Of a stretch of 64,000 nt of DNA, positions 53,968 through 64,000 are shown piece after piece. The DNA is from Alphaproteobacteria bacterium (GTDB lineage Bacteria; Pseudomonadota; Alphaproteobacteria; UBA828), in the NCBI GenBank assembly GCA_965214705.1, contig CBDCCI010000001.1, positions 384,001-448,000 of the forward strand, written 5' to 3'. The notes under the pieces were generated by a model. That model searched no databases. It saw only the letters and a list, made by a program, of their open reading frames with translations, and was not told where the DNA came from. The first letter of the stretch is position 1, and each line of letters opens with the position of its first letter. The position numbers and the translations under genes were made by a program.

Positions 53968-55736
53968 CTCGCGCGCTCACGGCGCTCCTCAAGAAATCCC
54001 CGTCGTAGTCAAGCCAGATTCCGGTATGGGGTCTGCGTACCGCTTACGGAGTAAGTGCCGGGAGCCCCGTTATAGTTACCTTGGCGCGTGATAACCTGCG
54101 TCGCGGCGGTGGGCATCGGGAACCTCTGTACCACGTTGCCATCTGCCGCAGGTCCGGGCGAGTCGAAGTTGCTATCCAGGCTGCTCCGGATGAGTCCCGT
54201 GGTTCCCGCCCCGTCGATGTCGCTCAGGTCCAGGGGAACGGCGGTGGTAATGGCGTTGGTTCCGTACCGGGCATCCGTCAACGGGTCACCGTCAAAGTTA
54301 TAGAACTGAACTCGCGACGGCGTACCGATGTCCGTGTAGACGAACAGGTGCTGACTGAAACCTGGAATATTCCTCACCAAACGTCTCGCAGCCCACCCGG
54401 AGTTGGGCAAAATGGCTTCGTCGGAATCGGAATAGCCCGCAGGATCGGCCACCGTAACGCTGGCCATCGCACCTGCGCCGCGCGTGATGGTGATATCGTT
54501 CTCATCCAGCGTACCAGCGGTGGCGCCGTCGGGAATGTTCGCGGCCCCCTCGATTGCCGTATCCTTGCCGATGATCCGGTCGCGCAGCACCTCGGCCGCG
54601 GCATCCGCCTTGTCCTTTTCCGCCTTCTTGGCCTGGGCGACCTGCATCTTGGCGTCGTCCGAAAGCGAGGCCGTAACCGTGCCTCCCGTGGAAGTCGCGG
54701 AACCGTCCGCCGCAACGGTGACGGTGCAATCGTCGCCGCCCGCGGCGCAAGCGTAGGTCACGCCGTTGTTGGTCGCCGACTCGCCCGCCGGGATCACATG
54801 CGTGGCCGCGCTCGGCTTGTTATCGGCGTCCAGATACATGAGGTCGGCAACCGCGACTGCAACCGAAGGATCGGGCTCGGGCACTGGATCCGGCTGATTC
54901 TCGGGCGCGTCTTCGTTGCCCGGCAGCTTCAGTGCTTCTGCAACGGCCATCTGAGCCGCTGCGAGTTCATTTGCCGTGACATCGCCTGGGTCCATGGCCT
55001 CAAGTTCGGCCAAGTCCGCTCGCGCGTCCGCCAAGGTTTGCTGATTCGCCGCCTCCACCGCAGCTTGCCTTGTCGCCGCAGTCGTGATGGCAACCGTCCC
55101 TCCCGTCGATGACGCAGAGAGCGCGCCCGTGACCGACTCGATGCCGATGGTGAGCGTGCAGTCCGCGTCGCCCTCACAGGTGATGTACGTGCCGGACGCC
55201 AGCATGACCGTCGTTCCGGCCGGAATCATGGTCATTCCCGGATTGAGGCCATGGCCTGCCGGAAGCATAACCGAGTATTCCATCGGCGCCGGCGTCAGCT
55301 CCGCAATCCGCGCATCGACCGCTGCCTGCAACTCGGCAGCCTCAGTGCCAGTAGCGACATCGTCCACCGCATCCTTGGCCGCCTGAGCAGCTTCAGCCGT
55401 CTCGGCTGCCGCGATGGCGTCCCTGGCGCCTTGGATCTGCGCCAGCCTTGCAGTCTCGGCCTGTGCGGCCGCCTGTTCGGCGGCCAGCCTGGCCGCCTCT
55501 GCCTCTGCGGCGGCAGCGGCCTCGGCTTCTGCCTTGGCCTCCGCAGCGGCTTCCGCAGCAGCTTCCGCCGCCTGCCGGTCAGCCTCGCTCTGGCTGATGC
55601 CGCTCGAGCAACCGTATGCGACGGCGGTGAGGGCGACGATCGAGCACGCCGCCAACAAACTGCGAGTCAGCTTCGTCTTCTTCATGTCTGAGGCTCTCCT
55701 CTTGTTTGGGCATGGTGAAGCCGGTTATGACAGGTC

Positions 55737-55851
55737 TACGCACGGGTACGCTGGAGTACGCTGGAGTGCGATAAGACACATTGACACAAAGGGTTGATTG
55801 CCTCATCTACCCCTTGACGCGATGTCAGACCTACGCTCCAATACGCTGGAG
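55737..55851 (+). promoter_or_regulatory. Putative att arm repeats (TACGCTGGAG) flanking an IHF consensus site
   Basis: TACGCTGGAG at 55747, 55757 and 55842, with variants at 55737 and 55832. CAAAGGGTTGATT at 55787-55799. Confidence 0.6.
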
Positions 55852-56736
55852 TTTGATGTCGGTGGCTTACGAAGTGATTACGGTTGTTACGACGACACAG
55901 ACGCGCCGCGAGGCGAGGGGTGCACGATGCCAAAGCGAGGCGAGCTGACCATCTCGAAGCAATCCGTCGACGGGCTTTCCGCCGAGGGCAAGGAGACGGT
56001 CTTCTGGGACCGGGAGCTCCCGGGCTTCGGCGTGAGGGTCTACCCCTCGGGCTCCAAGACATACGTGGCCCAGAGCCGGGGGCCGAACGGCATCAGACGC
56101 CTGTCATTGGGCCGCCACGGGGAGATCACCGCCGAGCAGGCACGCAAGCATGCCGCCGCCGCCGTCGCCCGCATCAAGCGGGGCGAGGACCCCGAGGCGA
56201 GGCCGCTCGAGCGCGCGCTCACCGTCGCCGACCTGGCCGAGCGCTACATGGAGGCCCATGTCGAGGTGCGCTGCAACGCGCACACCCAGGGGATCTACGC
56301 GGGCTCGCTGAGGAACCACATCCTGCCCGCGTTCGGCGCGATGGCGGTGGCCTCCGTCGGCCGGGAGGAGGTTGCAGCGTTTCACTACCGCCTGCGGGAG
56401 ACGCCCCGTGCCGCGAACCGGGCGCTGATGGTTCTCTCCAAGATGTTCTCGCTGGCGGAGGCTTGGGGAATGGCGCCGGCAAGTGGCAACCCGTGCCGGT
56501 TCGTATTGCGCTACAGGGAGGGCCGTCGCGAGCGCTTTCTGAGCGAGGAGGAGTACCGGCGGGTTGGCCGGGCGCTGTGCGCGCTGGAGGCGGAGGGCCC
56601 GGTGCAGGCGCGGGCTGCGGCGGCGCTGCGGCTGATCATGCTGACGGGATGCCGCGTGGGGGAGGTGCTGACGCTGAGGTGGAGCGACATCGACCGCAAG
56701 TCCGGGGAGTTTCGCCTGCGCGATGCGAAGACGGGA

Positions 56737-58896
56737 CCCAAGTTGGCACTTTTTCCGACCAGCCGAGCCTGTTCGAGCCAGTTTTGCGGCGCTGAACCAC
56801 TAGATGTTGGGGTTGGAGGACACCTGAGACCCACATTTGCCATTCGTGGTCCTGGAAGCCAATTGTGGGGCCAGGACTTTGGAGTTGAGTCGATATCCCT
56901 CTTGCCAGATGCCGCGAACGCCGTGTATGCGAAACAGGCATCGCAGAAACGGCGCCGCCATGTACATCAAGGCAACCAGGACACACACCGACAAGGCCGG
57001 CCAGCCGGTCCGAAGCCATCGCCTCGTGCTCGCCCAGCGCGTCGGCGACAAGGTGCGCCACAGGACGCTGCTCAATCTCGGCACCGACTATCCGGTGCCG
57101 CGCGAGAAGTGGAAGGCCGTCACCGAACTCGCCGAGGCGCTGCTTCACGGCAAGCCGCCGCTGTTCGAGGGCGAGGCGGATGTGCGGGCCGCAGCCGAGG
57201 ACATCGTCGCCAAGCTCAGGGCCAGGGGGTTCCGCGTCGAGGCGATGCAGGAAGAGGCGCGCAAGCCCGACATCGCCACCGTCGACCTCGATACCCTGGA
57301 GCACGAGAACCCGCGCACCGTCGGCTGCGAGCGCCTGTGCCTCAAGGCCCTCGACGCCCTCGGCTTCGCCGAAATCCTCCACGGCCTCGACATCAAGGGC
57401 CGCGACGGGCGCATCGCCAGCGCGCTGATCGTCGCCAGGATGGTCCATCCCGCCAGCGAGCGTGATACCAGCCGCTGGCTCCGCCACGACAGCGCGGCCG
57501 CCGAGCTCCTGGGCCTGGAGGGCGACCGCAAGGCGCTGCGGCGCAAGACGCTCTACCGCATCGGCGACCTGCTCTGGCGCCACCGCGCCGCCATCCAGCG
57601 GGAGCTGTTCAACCGTGAGCGCGCACTGCTCGACCTGCCCGAGACGATCGCCTTCTACGATCTCACCAACGTCCACTACCACGGCCACACGGGCGGCGAG
57701 CTTCCCAGGTTCGGGCGCTCCAAGCAGAAGCGCGACGACTGTCCCCTCATCACGCTGGCGCTGGCGCTCGACGGCGCGGGCTTCCCGCGCAGTTGCGAGA
57801 TCCTGCCGGGCAACGTGAGCGAGCCGGGCACGCTGCACGAGGCGCTGGCGCGGCTCGAGGCGGTGTGCGGCGGCACGGCGGCGAAGCCCACGGTGGTCAT
57901 GGACGCGGGCATCGCCACCGAGAAAAACATCGCGTGGCTGGGCGAGCAGGGCTACGACTGGATCGCGGTCAGCCGCGGTGCCAGGCCTGCGCCGCCCGAG
58001 GGCGGACCCGAGGCCCTGCTGATCACCAGCGCGCGCCACGAGGTGCGGGCCTGGCGGCTTGCCAGCGAGGACGGCGAGGCGCGGCTCTACGTCGTCAGCG
58101 AGGGCAAGAAGAAGGCCGAGAACGCGATCATCGGCCTGAGGCGGAACCGCTTCGAGGCGGCGCTGGAAAGGCTCCACGGCGGCCTCCCGGTCAAGGGCCG
58201 CCTCAAGCGCTACGACAAGGTGCTGGAGAGCATAGGCCGCCTCAAGCAGCGCTTCTCCGCCGTCGCCAGGCACTACGAGATCACGGTCGAGAGGGCGAAA
58301 ACCGGCCCCAATGCCACCGCCGTGCGCTTCAAGCGCAGGCCGCGATACGACGAGGCCGATGAGGGCGCCGGTGCCTATGTGCTGCGCACCAGCCACGTCG
58401 ACTGGGACATCGAGACGGTCCTGCGGACGTACTGGCGGATCACGGATATCGAGGCGACATTCCGGAGCCTGAAATCCGAGCTCGGCCTTCGCCCGATCTG
58501 GCACCAGCTCGACCGGCGCATCGCGGCCCACCTGCTGATCGCCGTGCTGGCCTACCACGCCGTGCATCTGATCCGTACCCGGCTGGCCGCGCGCGGCATC
58601 CACAAGTGCTGGGCGTCGATCCGCGAGAGCATGCGGACCTGGGTGCGGATCACCACGCGCCTGCGCCAGACCGACGGCACCTTGATCGTCAACCGCCAGG
58701 ACACGCGCCCGGCCGCCGAGGTTGCCGCAATCTCCTCGGCGGCGGGCGTGGACCCCGCCATCCACCGCACGAGGACCCGTCTGATGAGCTGACAGAATCT
58801 CACAAAATGTGGGGCCATGTTGGAATCGACCGAGAAAAATATCGCGTTGAATCAAACCAATAGGGAACACAGGCAGCGGAAAAGTGCCAACTTGGG
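56737..58896 (+). mobile_element. IS1634-family element (distinct from copies 1 and 2)
   Basis: IR CCCAAGTTGGCACTTT and 4-bp DR GGGA. Confidence 0.9.
56960..58792 (+). CDS. IS1634 transposase
   Basis: FYDLTN, FGRSK, MDAG and EATFRSLKSELGLRPIWH motifs. Confidence 0.92.
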   Translation: MYIKATRTHTDKAGQPVRSHRLVLAQRVGDKVRHRTLLNLGTDYPVPREKWKAVTELAEALLHGKPPLFEGEADVRAAAEDIVAKLRARGFRVEAMQEEARKPDIATVDLDTLEHENPRTVGCERLCLKALDALGFAEILHGLDIKGRDGRIASALIVARMVHPASERDTSRWLRHDSAAAELLGLEGDRKALRRKTLYRIGDLLWRHRAAIQRELFNRERALLDLPETIAFYDLTNVHYHGHTGGELPRFGRSKQKRDDCPLITLALALDGAGFPRSCEILPGNVSEPGTLHEALARLEAVCGGTAAKPTVVMDAGIATEKNIAWLGEQGYDWIAVSRGARPAPPEGGPEALLITSARHEVRAWRLASEDGEARLYVVSEGKKKAENAIIGLRRNRFEAALERLHGGLPVKGRLKRYDKVLESIGRLKQRFSAVARHYEITVERAKTGPNATAVRFKRRPRYDEADEGAGAYVLRTSHVDWDIETVLRTYWRITDIEATFRSLKSELGLRPIWHQLDRRIAAHLLIAVLAYHAVHLIRTRLAARGIHKCWASIRESMRTWVRITTRLRQTDGTLIVNRQDTRPAAEVAAISSAAGVDPAIHRTRTRLMS

Positions 58897-59326
58897 GGGA
58901 TCGCGGATGGTGCCGCTGACGCCTACGGCCTCACAGCTGCTGGCGGGGATCGTGCGAGTCAGGCGAAGCCCCTGGGTGTTCCCGGGCAGCCGGCCGGATC
59001 GTCACCTGTTCCAGCTCGCGTCCTTCTGGCATCGTGTGCGGGAGCGTGCCGAGGCCGAAGACGTGCGGATCCACGACTTGCGGCACAGCTACGCCTCGCG
59101 GGCTCTGGCGCTGGGCCTGGCGCTTCCGATGATCGGGCGGCTTCTCGGCCACACGGACATCGGCAGCACCGCCCGCTACGCCCATCTCTCGCGGGACGCG
59201 GAGAAGATCGCGGTCGCCCGTGTGGGCGACAGCATCGAAGCCGACATCCTGCGGGCGGAGACCGCCGCCCATGCCGGCGGGCAGGAATCCTCGCCGGTCA
59301 CGCCGGCTTAGGGAGGGGATTGCGGC

Positions 59327-60484
59327 ATGGCGAGACTGGAGCGGAGGTCGCTGTCGAACCGCGTGGTCGACGGCCTGACCGCCGGGGACAAGGAGATCAT
59401 CTGCTGGGACCGGGACTTGCCGGGGTTCGGCGTTCGGGTCTATCCCAACGGCGCGAAGACGTATCTGGTGCAGGGCCGTGGTCCGCGCGGGTCGAAGCGG
59501 ATCACGATTGGCCGGCACGGCACGATCCCGGCGGACGAGGCGCGGCGCCGGGGGGCCGCGCTCCTGATCCGCATCAAGGCGGGCAAGGAGCCGGGATACG
59601 GGAAGGGGCCGACGGTGGCCGAGCTCGCCGAGAGGTATCTGCGCGAGCACGTCGAGGTCCGCTGCAAGCCGCTCACGGTCAAGGGCTACCGCCAGATGAT
59701 CGTCGGGCACATCCTGCCCGCTCTCGGCAAGCTGCCGATCGCCGCCGTCGGCCGCGAGCACGTTGCCGAGCTTCACTACCGTCTGCGCAAGACGCCGGTT
59801 GCGGCGAACGACACGGTGGGCGCTCTGTCGCGGATGCTGAACCGTGCCGAGGCGTGGGGACTGGTTCCGGCGGGGAGCAATCCCTGCCGCTTCGTGACGC
59901 CGTACCGGACGCGGCGGCCGGAGCGCTTCCTGACGGAGGATGAGTTCGGACGCCTTGGGCACGCCCTGGACGAGCTGGAGGCCGGGGGCCGTCTTCCTGT
60001 TCATGCGGCGGCAGCGCTCCGGCTTCTGATGCTGACGGGGTGCCGCTGCGGCGAGGTGCTGACGCTTCGGTGGGAGGACGTGGCGCTGGAGCGGAACGAG
60101 ATCCGGCTGGCCGACAGCAAGACCGGCCCTCGCATCGTTCCGCTGTCGCCGGCGGCGGCGCGGGTGCTCGCGGCCATTCCCCGCCCCCCTGACAATCCGT
60201 GGGTCATCGCGGGCCGCGAGCCGGGCGCGCGGCAGACGCACATCGCGGACTACTGGTACCGGGTCAGGGAGCGCGCCGGGTTGGACGACGTCAGGCTTCA
60301 CGACCTTCGGCACAGCTTTGCCTCGCGAGCACTGGCGCTGGGCGAGGACCTCACGATGATCGGCAAGCTACTCGGCCACAAGAAAATCCAGACCACCGCA
60401 CGCTATGCCCACCTGGCACGCGACTCGGTGAAGGAATCGGCGGCCCTCGTGGCGGCCAGCATCGGCAAGGACATCCTGCCCTGA
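59327..60484 (+). CDS. Tyrosine integrase (DUF4102 arm), second of the tandem pair, intact
   Basis: WDRDLPGFGVRV, TGCRCGE, DSKTG, HDLRH, LLGH and TARYAH motifs. Confidence 0.93.
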   Translation: MARLERRSLSNRVVDGLTAGDKEIICWDRDLPGFGVRVYPNGAKTYLVQGRGPRGSKRITIGRHGTIPADEARRRGAALLIRIKAGKEPGYGKGPTVAELAERYLREHVEVRCKPLTVKGYRQMIVGHILPALGKLPIAAVGREHVAELHYRLRKTPVAANDTVGALSRMLNRAEAWGLVPAGSNPCRFVTPYRTRRPERFLTEDEFGRLGHALDELEAGGRLPVHAAAALRLLMLTGCRCGEVLTLRWEDVALERNEIRLADSKTGPRIVPLSPAAARVLAAIPRPPDNPWVIAGREPGARQTHIADYWYRVRERAGLDDVRLHDLRHSFASRALALGEDLTMIGKLLGHKKIQTTARYAHLARDSVKESAALVAASIGKDILP

Positions 60485-60858
60485 GCGCGGCGGGGCTGCC
60501 CCGGACCGCGCAACGCGCGAGAATTCATGGCGAGCATCACGATCGAAAACGACGACGGGCCGATTGCTTGGGCTGGGTGTGTGCGCGCGCCGCCGGCAAC
60601 GGCCGCTCCGCCGCCTTCGGCGGCGTCGAGCTCGAACTTCCCGAGCGCGGACCGATGCGGCCTCTGCCGGAGTTCCATTGATCGGGCGGCGACGATCTTC
60701 ATGGGCACGAACGCGGTCTGCGAACCGATGCGGCCCCCCCCTTGCCTGCTGACATGACGTGCTTCTCTACGGGGATACGGACACCTGACTGCATCGGTCT
60801 ATTGCCGCCGCCGGCGAGGCGGTGAGCGCGTGGAGAGCGGCGATCGCAAGGTGCGACG

Positions 60859-61107
60859 CTACAGCAGCTTGAGAACGGCGATCGCCATGCCGGCTACGGC
60901 TACCGCAATCGTGACGATGCGCCACGTCAGGCGCGCCTCGAGGGCGGCAAGGTCGGCTCGCACGTCGGCGATATCGGCTTTGGTCGCCACGCCTTCGGTG
61001 ACGGCATCGCGCACGGTCGCCGTGATCGCCTCGGCCTGACGCTCATTCAGACCGGCTTCGGAGAGCGCCTTGACCGCCTCGTGAGTGTCGAATGTCGCGC
61101 TCGGCAT
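60859..61107 (-). CDS. Small CCDC90/DUF1640-like coiled-coil membrane-anchored protein
   Basis: FDTHEAVKAL..AG...QAEAI...VATKADI followed by a C-terminal hydrophobic helix. Confidence 0.75.
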   Translation of the reverse strand: MPSATFDTHEAVKALSEAGLNERQAEAITATVRDAVTEGVATKADIADVRADLAALEARLTWRIVTIAVAVAGMAIAVLKLL

Positions 61108-61536
61108 GATGCGACGATAGCCCAGGGCGGCGCCGAACGCCATTGGACGGCCTCATCGCCCCGCAGGTCCCCGCTGAAAGCCTGCGCCCTCTCGCCTGGT
61201 CTTTTCCGCCGCGCCCTCGGGCTCGCCGTAATTTCCGTCATCACTGCGTCGGCGAGACGACCGGCAAGACGCCCCCAGCTCGCATTGGCGCGGATGGGCG
61301 AGGTGCCGAACATCGTACGAGCCAAGCCGCGGGGACCGGGCGACTCCGCCACTCACGACCGGCCCCGCCGCACCTTGGCCTCGTCGCGCAACTCGGCGAA
61401 AGACGGTGCCGGCTCTTGCGGGAACGGGATGGTTGGGGGCTCGGCCTCCCGGCTGGGCAGCGCCCTTGCGGGCCGGTCCTGAAGCAGCGGTCGGCGGGAG
61501 AGTGCGGGCGTATCGAGTTTCGTGCTGCGTTGCAGA

Positions 61537-63739
61537 CAGGGCAAATTTGTCCAAGCGGCTGGTAGGCAGTTGAGTTCTGGCCACGGGTTGTGCGGATCGG
61601 CTTTGTTGCGGGGTTTGCGGCGGGGTCTGGCCGAGCATCCGGTTCGGTCAGAGGGTTCTGGCATTACCGTGTGGGCGGTGCGGGCGGTGCCGTCGCGATT
61701 TGGCGGTGCCCCGACATGATGGATCGCGCCACCGGCGTGGTCGGGAGCGAGGGCAGGTACGATCTTTGCGCCCGGCTTGCCGGGCGCCGGGGTTCAGGCC
61801 GGCGCGGCGCGCTTTGCGGTCCTCGGCTGGGTGTTCCCGGTCATTTTCAGGAAGTCGAGGACGGCGCGGACGTTGCGGGCGAGCCTGCGCACGGTCGAGG
61901 CGACCTCGAGCCCCCGGCCCTTGATCAGGCCGATGGCGAAGCGCCGCAGGCGGGTCATGTTCTCGGGGCCGAAGCCTGTGCGTATGCGGCTGCGGTCCTC
62001 GTCCCAGGTCCAGTCGAGGCAGTGGTGCGAGCTGTTCTCGATGCACCAGTGGCCGCGGTTGAGGGCGAGCAGGCTCTGCGCGTTGGCCGTGCCGGGCGTG
62101 TGGCTGGAGATCCCGTAGGCGGTCTCGGTGCCGGTCTCGCCGGTCTTCTTGTCCTGGCGGGAGCGCTCGATCATGAAGACCTGGCCGACGCCCGGGAAGT
62201 CGAGAAAGCCGTTCAACTCCGTGCTCGTCCAGATTGCCCGCTGCTCGATGCGTCCGTGCGACAGCGCGGCCTCCTCCTCGAAGTCGGGCTCACGCTCCGG
62301 CGCCTCTTCGAAGAGCAGCGTCACATCGTCCCGCATGGTCTTCTGGTTCCCTTTCACGATGAACATGAAGTGCGCGCCCCGGTCGAGCAGGTAGCGGGCG
62401 AACTTGCGCTGGGTTAGCAGCGCGTCCGTCGTGACCGTCTTGCCCGCGATGTTCGGGATCAGGTCCACCAGCGCCGTCACGGTGCCGATCTCGTTGGTGC
62501 GCTTTGTCTCCTCGTCGGCCCCGACTTTCAGGAGAAGTTTTTTTGGGCGAGCGTGGCCTTGGTCTCGTGCCCGACCGCGCTCATGACATGAGCCTGGGTC
62601 CCGTCCTCGTCGATGGCCCCCCTCAGGGTCTTGCCGTCGATGGCAAGCGCCGCGTCGCCTGAGCCGTGGGCCTCCTGCCACTTGCGCAACGCCTCGTCCA
62701 ACTGGTCCGGGTCCACCCGGATCACCACATTGCGGATGGTCGACATCGAAGGCGGCCGGCGCACCCCGTCGCGCAGCCGCACGCCGAAGCGGGCCAGCGC
62801 CTTCTCGCCGAGATCGTCGACCCACTCGGACATGGCCTTCCAGCCTCGCATGCCGCAGAGCGTCGCGCCACTCGCAAGCGCGAGCACGCTGGGCAGCGAA
62901 TGCCGCCGTCCCTTGCGCGTGCGGGGGTCGTCGATGTCCTTGAAGTAGGCGTAGAGCGACTCTTGCTGAGCGGCGCTGATCATGGTTCTCGGAACTCCTT
63001 TCTTCCACAACTCCCGATCCAGCCCGGCAGCGGACAGCCGGCGGCAGGCGTCGGGAACCAGGGGGCGCAGCAGCACAAGCTTCGGCGTCGAGCCGGCGAC
63101 ATAGCCCGAGCGGTGGCGCCGGAAGCCGCGGGTCTGGCCGACCGCCAGCCATCCAGCCGCCCGGTAGACCGTGCCCCGGAACCTCGCCGCGTCCACGAAT
63201 GTTTCCAGCATCAGCACGGGGTGGCCGAAGCGGGCCGGCCAGTCGCGCGCCAAGCGCCGCGCGCAAAGCCCCAGCACCCGCGAGCCGAGGTTCGGAACAC
63301 CCCGTCCCGGCAGGATCAGGAAGCGCGCGTTGTTCGCGATCAGATGCAGCCGCCCGTGCTGCGTGCGGAAGTCCCAGCCGATCCACTCGTCCCGCGCCCG
63401 GCACTTGCGCGCCGCAGCCGAAAACACGGCCAGCGCCAGCCACTCGCCGCGCCGATGGGCGACGTACCACGCCGTCGCCCCCACCTTCGCAGACGCACCC
63501 AGGTAGTGATGCCCCTCCATCAGCGCGCGGAACCGGGCCTCGTCCTGCGGCCGGACAGCAGCGACATCGACCTCGGAAAGATCCACCGTAGAAACCGTCC
63601 CCCTGCTCGAAGCCGATCCGCAGCAGAACACCGCGAATCCAGTCGCCTCAATCCATAGCAGGGTTGGCGCGCGCTGACCAGACCCAAGGTCAACTCGTAG
63701 CGCAGAACTCAAAAATCAGGCTTGGACAAATTCGCCCTG
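61537..63739 (-). mobile_element. ISAs1-family element carrying a DUF4338/DruA-like domain
   Basis: IRs CAGGGC(A/G)AATTTGTCCAAGC and 10-bp DR GCGTTGCAGA. Confidence 0.92.
61794..63712 (-). CDS. DUF4338(DruA-like)-ISAs1 transposase fusion, completed by a probable -1 frameshift at A AAA AAC (62544-62537)
   Basis: Frame 1: HHYLG, NNARFLILP, ETFVD..F.GT.YRAAGW, then DPR..GRRH and IDGKTLRG. Frame 2: TNEI, TTDALLTQ, VKGNQ, HGRIE, RGHWCIEN and EDRSR. The true start may be a GTG downstream of 63712. Confidence 0.8.
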
Positions 63740-64000
63740 GCGTTGCAGATTTGGCGCTTGCAAAGGCGCTTGAAATATGGCGTGATTAGGGACGGCGCGC
63801 CGGACGGCATGGAGGATGTCGCGAGGATGTGCAGGAGGGCCGCAGCGACGGGGGGCGGAGGCCCCGGACGGGTTTGGGAGCGTTCCATGGTTCACCGCCG
63901 TGAGGGGCCGTTGGGACGGCCCGCTTGGGCAGGGGCCACCCCGAGGTGGACAAGCGGGAAATGGTGTGGTGGAATTCCCGACTATGGACACTGCCCGAGT

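Larger units (their letters stand above)
51296..54047 (+). mobile_element. IS66-family element
   Basis: Ends GTAAGCGGTA / TACCGCTTAC and 8-bp DR GGAGTAAG. Confidence 0.93.
50571..55685 (-). pseudogene. Large surface lipoprotein with TbpB-like C-terminal barrel, interrupted by IS66
   Basis: Lipobox AYGC and Ala-rich coiled coil. Rejoins APGTYS|CDSG. C-terminal FGWWL, ATYNGRAAGKY and GTFQA..GAFGARR. Confidence 0.8.
55927..59311 (+). pseudogene. Tyrosine integrase (DUF4102 arm), first of a tandem pair, interrupted by IS1634
   Basis: Rejoins DAKTG|SRMVPL...HDLRH...LLGH...TARYAH. Confidence 0.9.

Noticed and set aside
55737-55851. CRISPR-like or iteron array
   Set aside because: The repeats are only 10 bp, lack unique spacers, and no cas or rep gene is present.
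62984-63712. Complete Druantia anti-phage system
   Set aside because: Only a DruA-like domain inside an IS is present, with no DruE helicase or other partners in the window.

Overview
GC-rich window, probably from an alphaproteobacterium (inferred from gene content). Positions 1-10.8 kb are housekeeping and metabolic genes: KpsS-like capsule gene, CoA-transferase and HMG-CoA lyase, upp, queuosine-precursor transporter, rpmB, N-formylglutamate amidohydrolase and a urea/amide ABC transporter. From about 10.8 kb onward it is a dense mobile-element region. It holds six DUF4102-arm tyrosine integrase genes or fragments (two as tandem pairs, with att-like leaders), IS21, a group II twintron, two IS110/IS1111 elements, three IS1634, two identical IS5/IS1182-like copies, an integrase+IS91-type element, IS66 and an ISAs1 whose transposase is fused to a DUF4338/DruA-like domain. 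Cargo includes a second amide ABC/amidase operon, a B12 radical SAM enzyme and a Slam (type XI secretion) locus whose two TbpB-like cargo genes are both IS-disrupted. The most striking signal is RNA-guided elements that appear to target other mobile elements. One group II intron has an EBS1 matching the IS21 terminal repeat. A second intron has an EBS1 matching domain III of the first. An IS1111 has a noncoding end matching the conserved (Y/F)NSC motif of an IS91-type transposase. All family assignments come from motif recognition by eye, with no database search.
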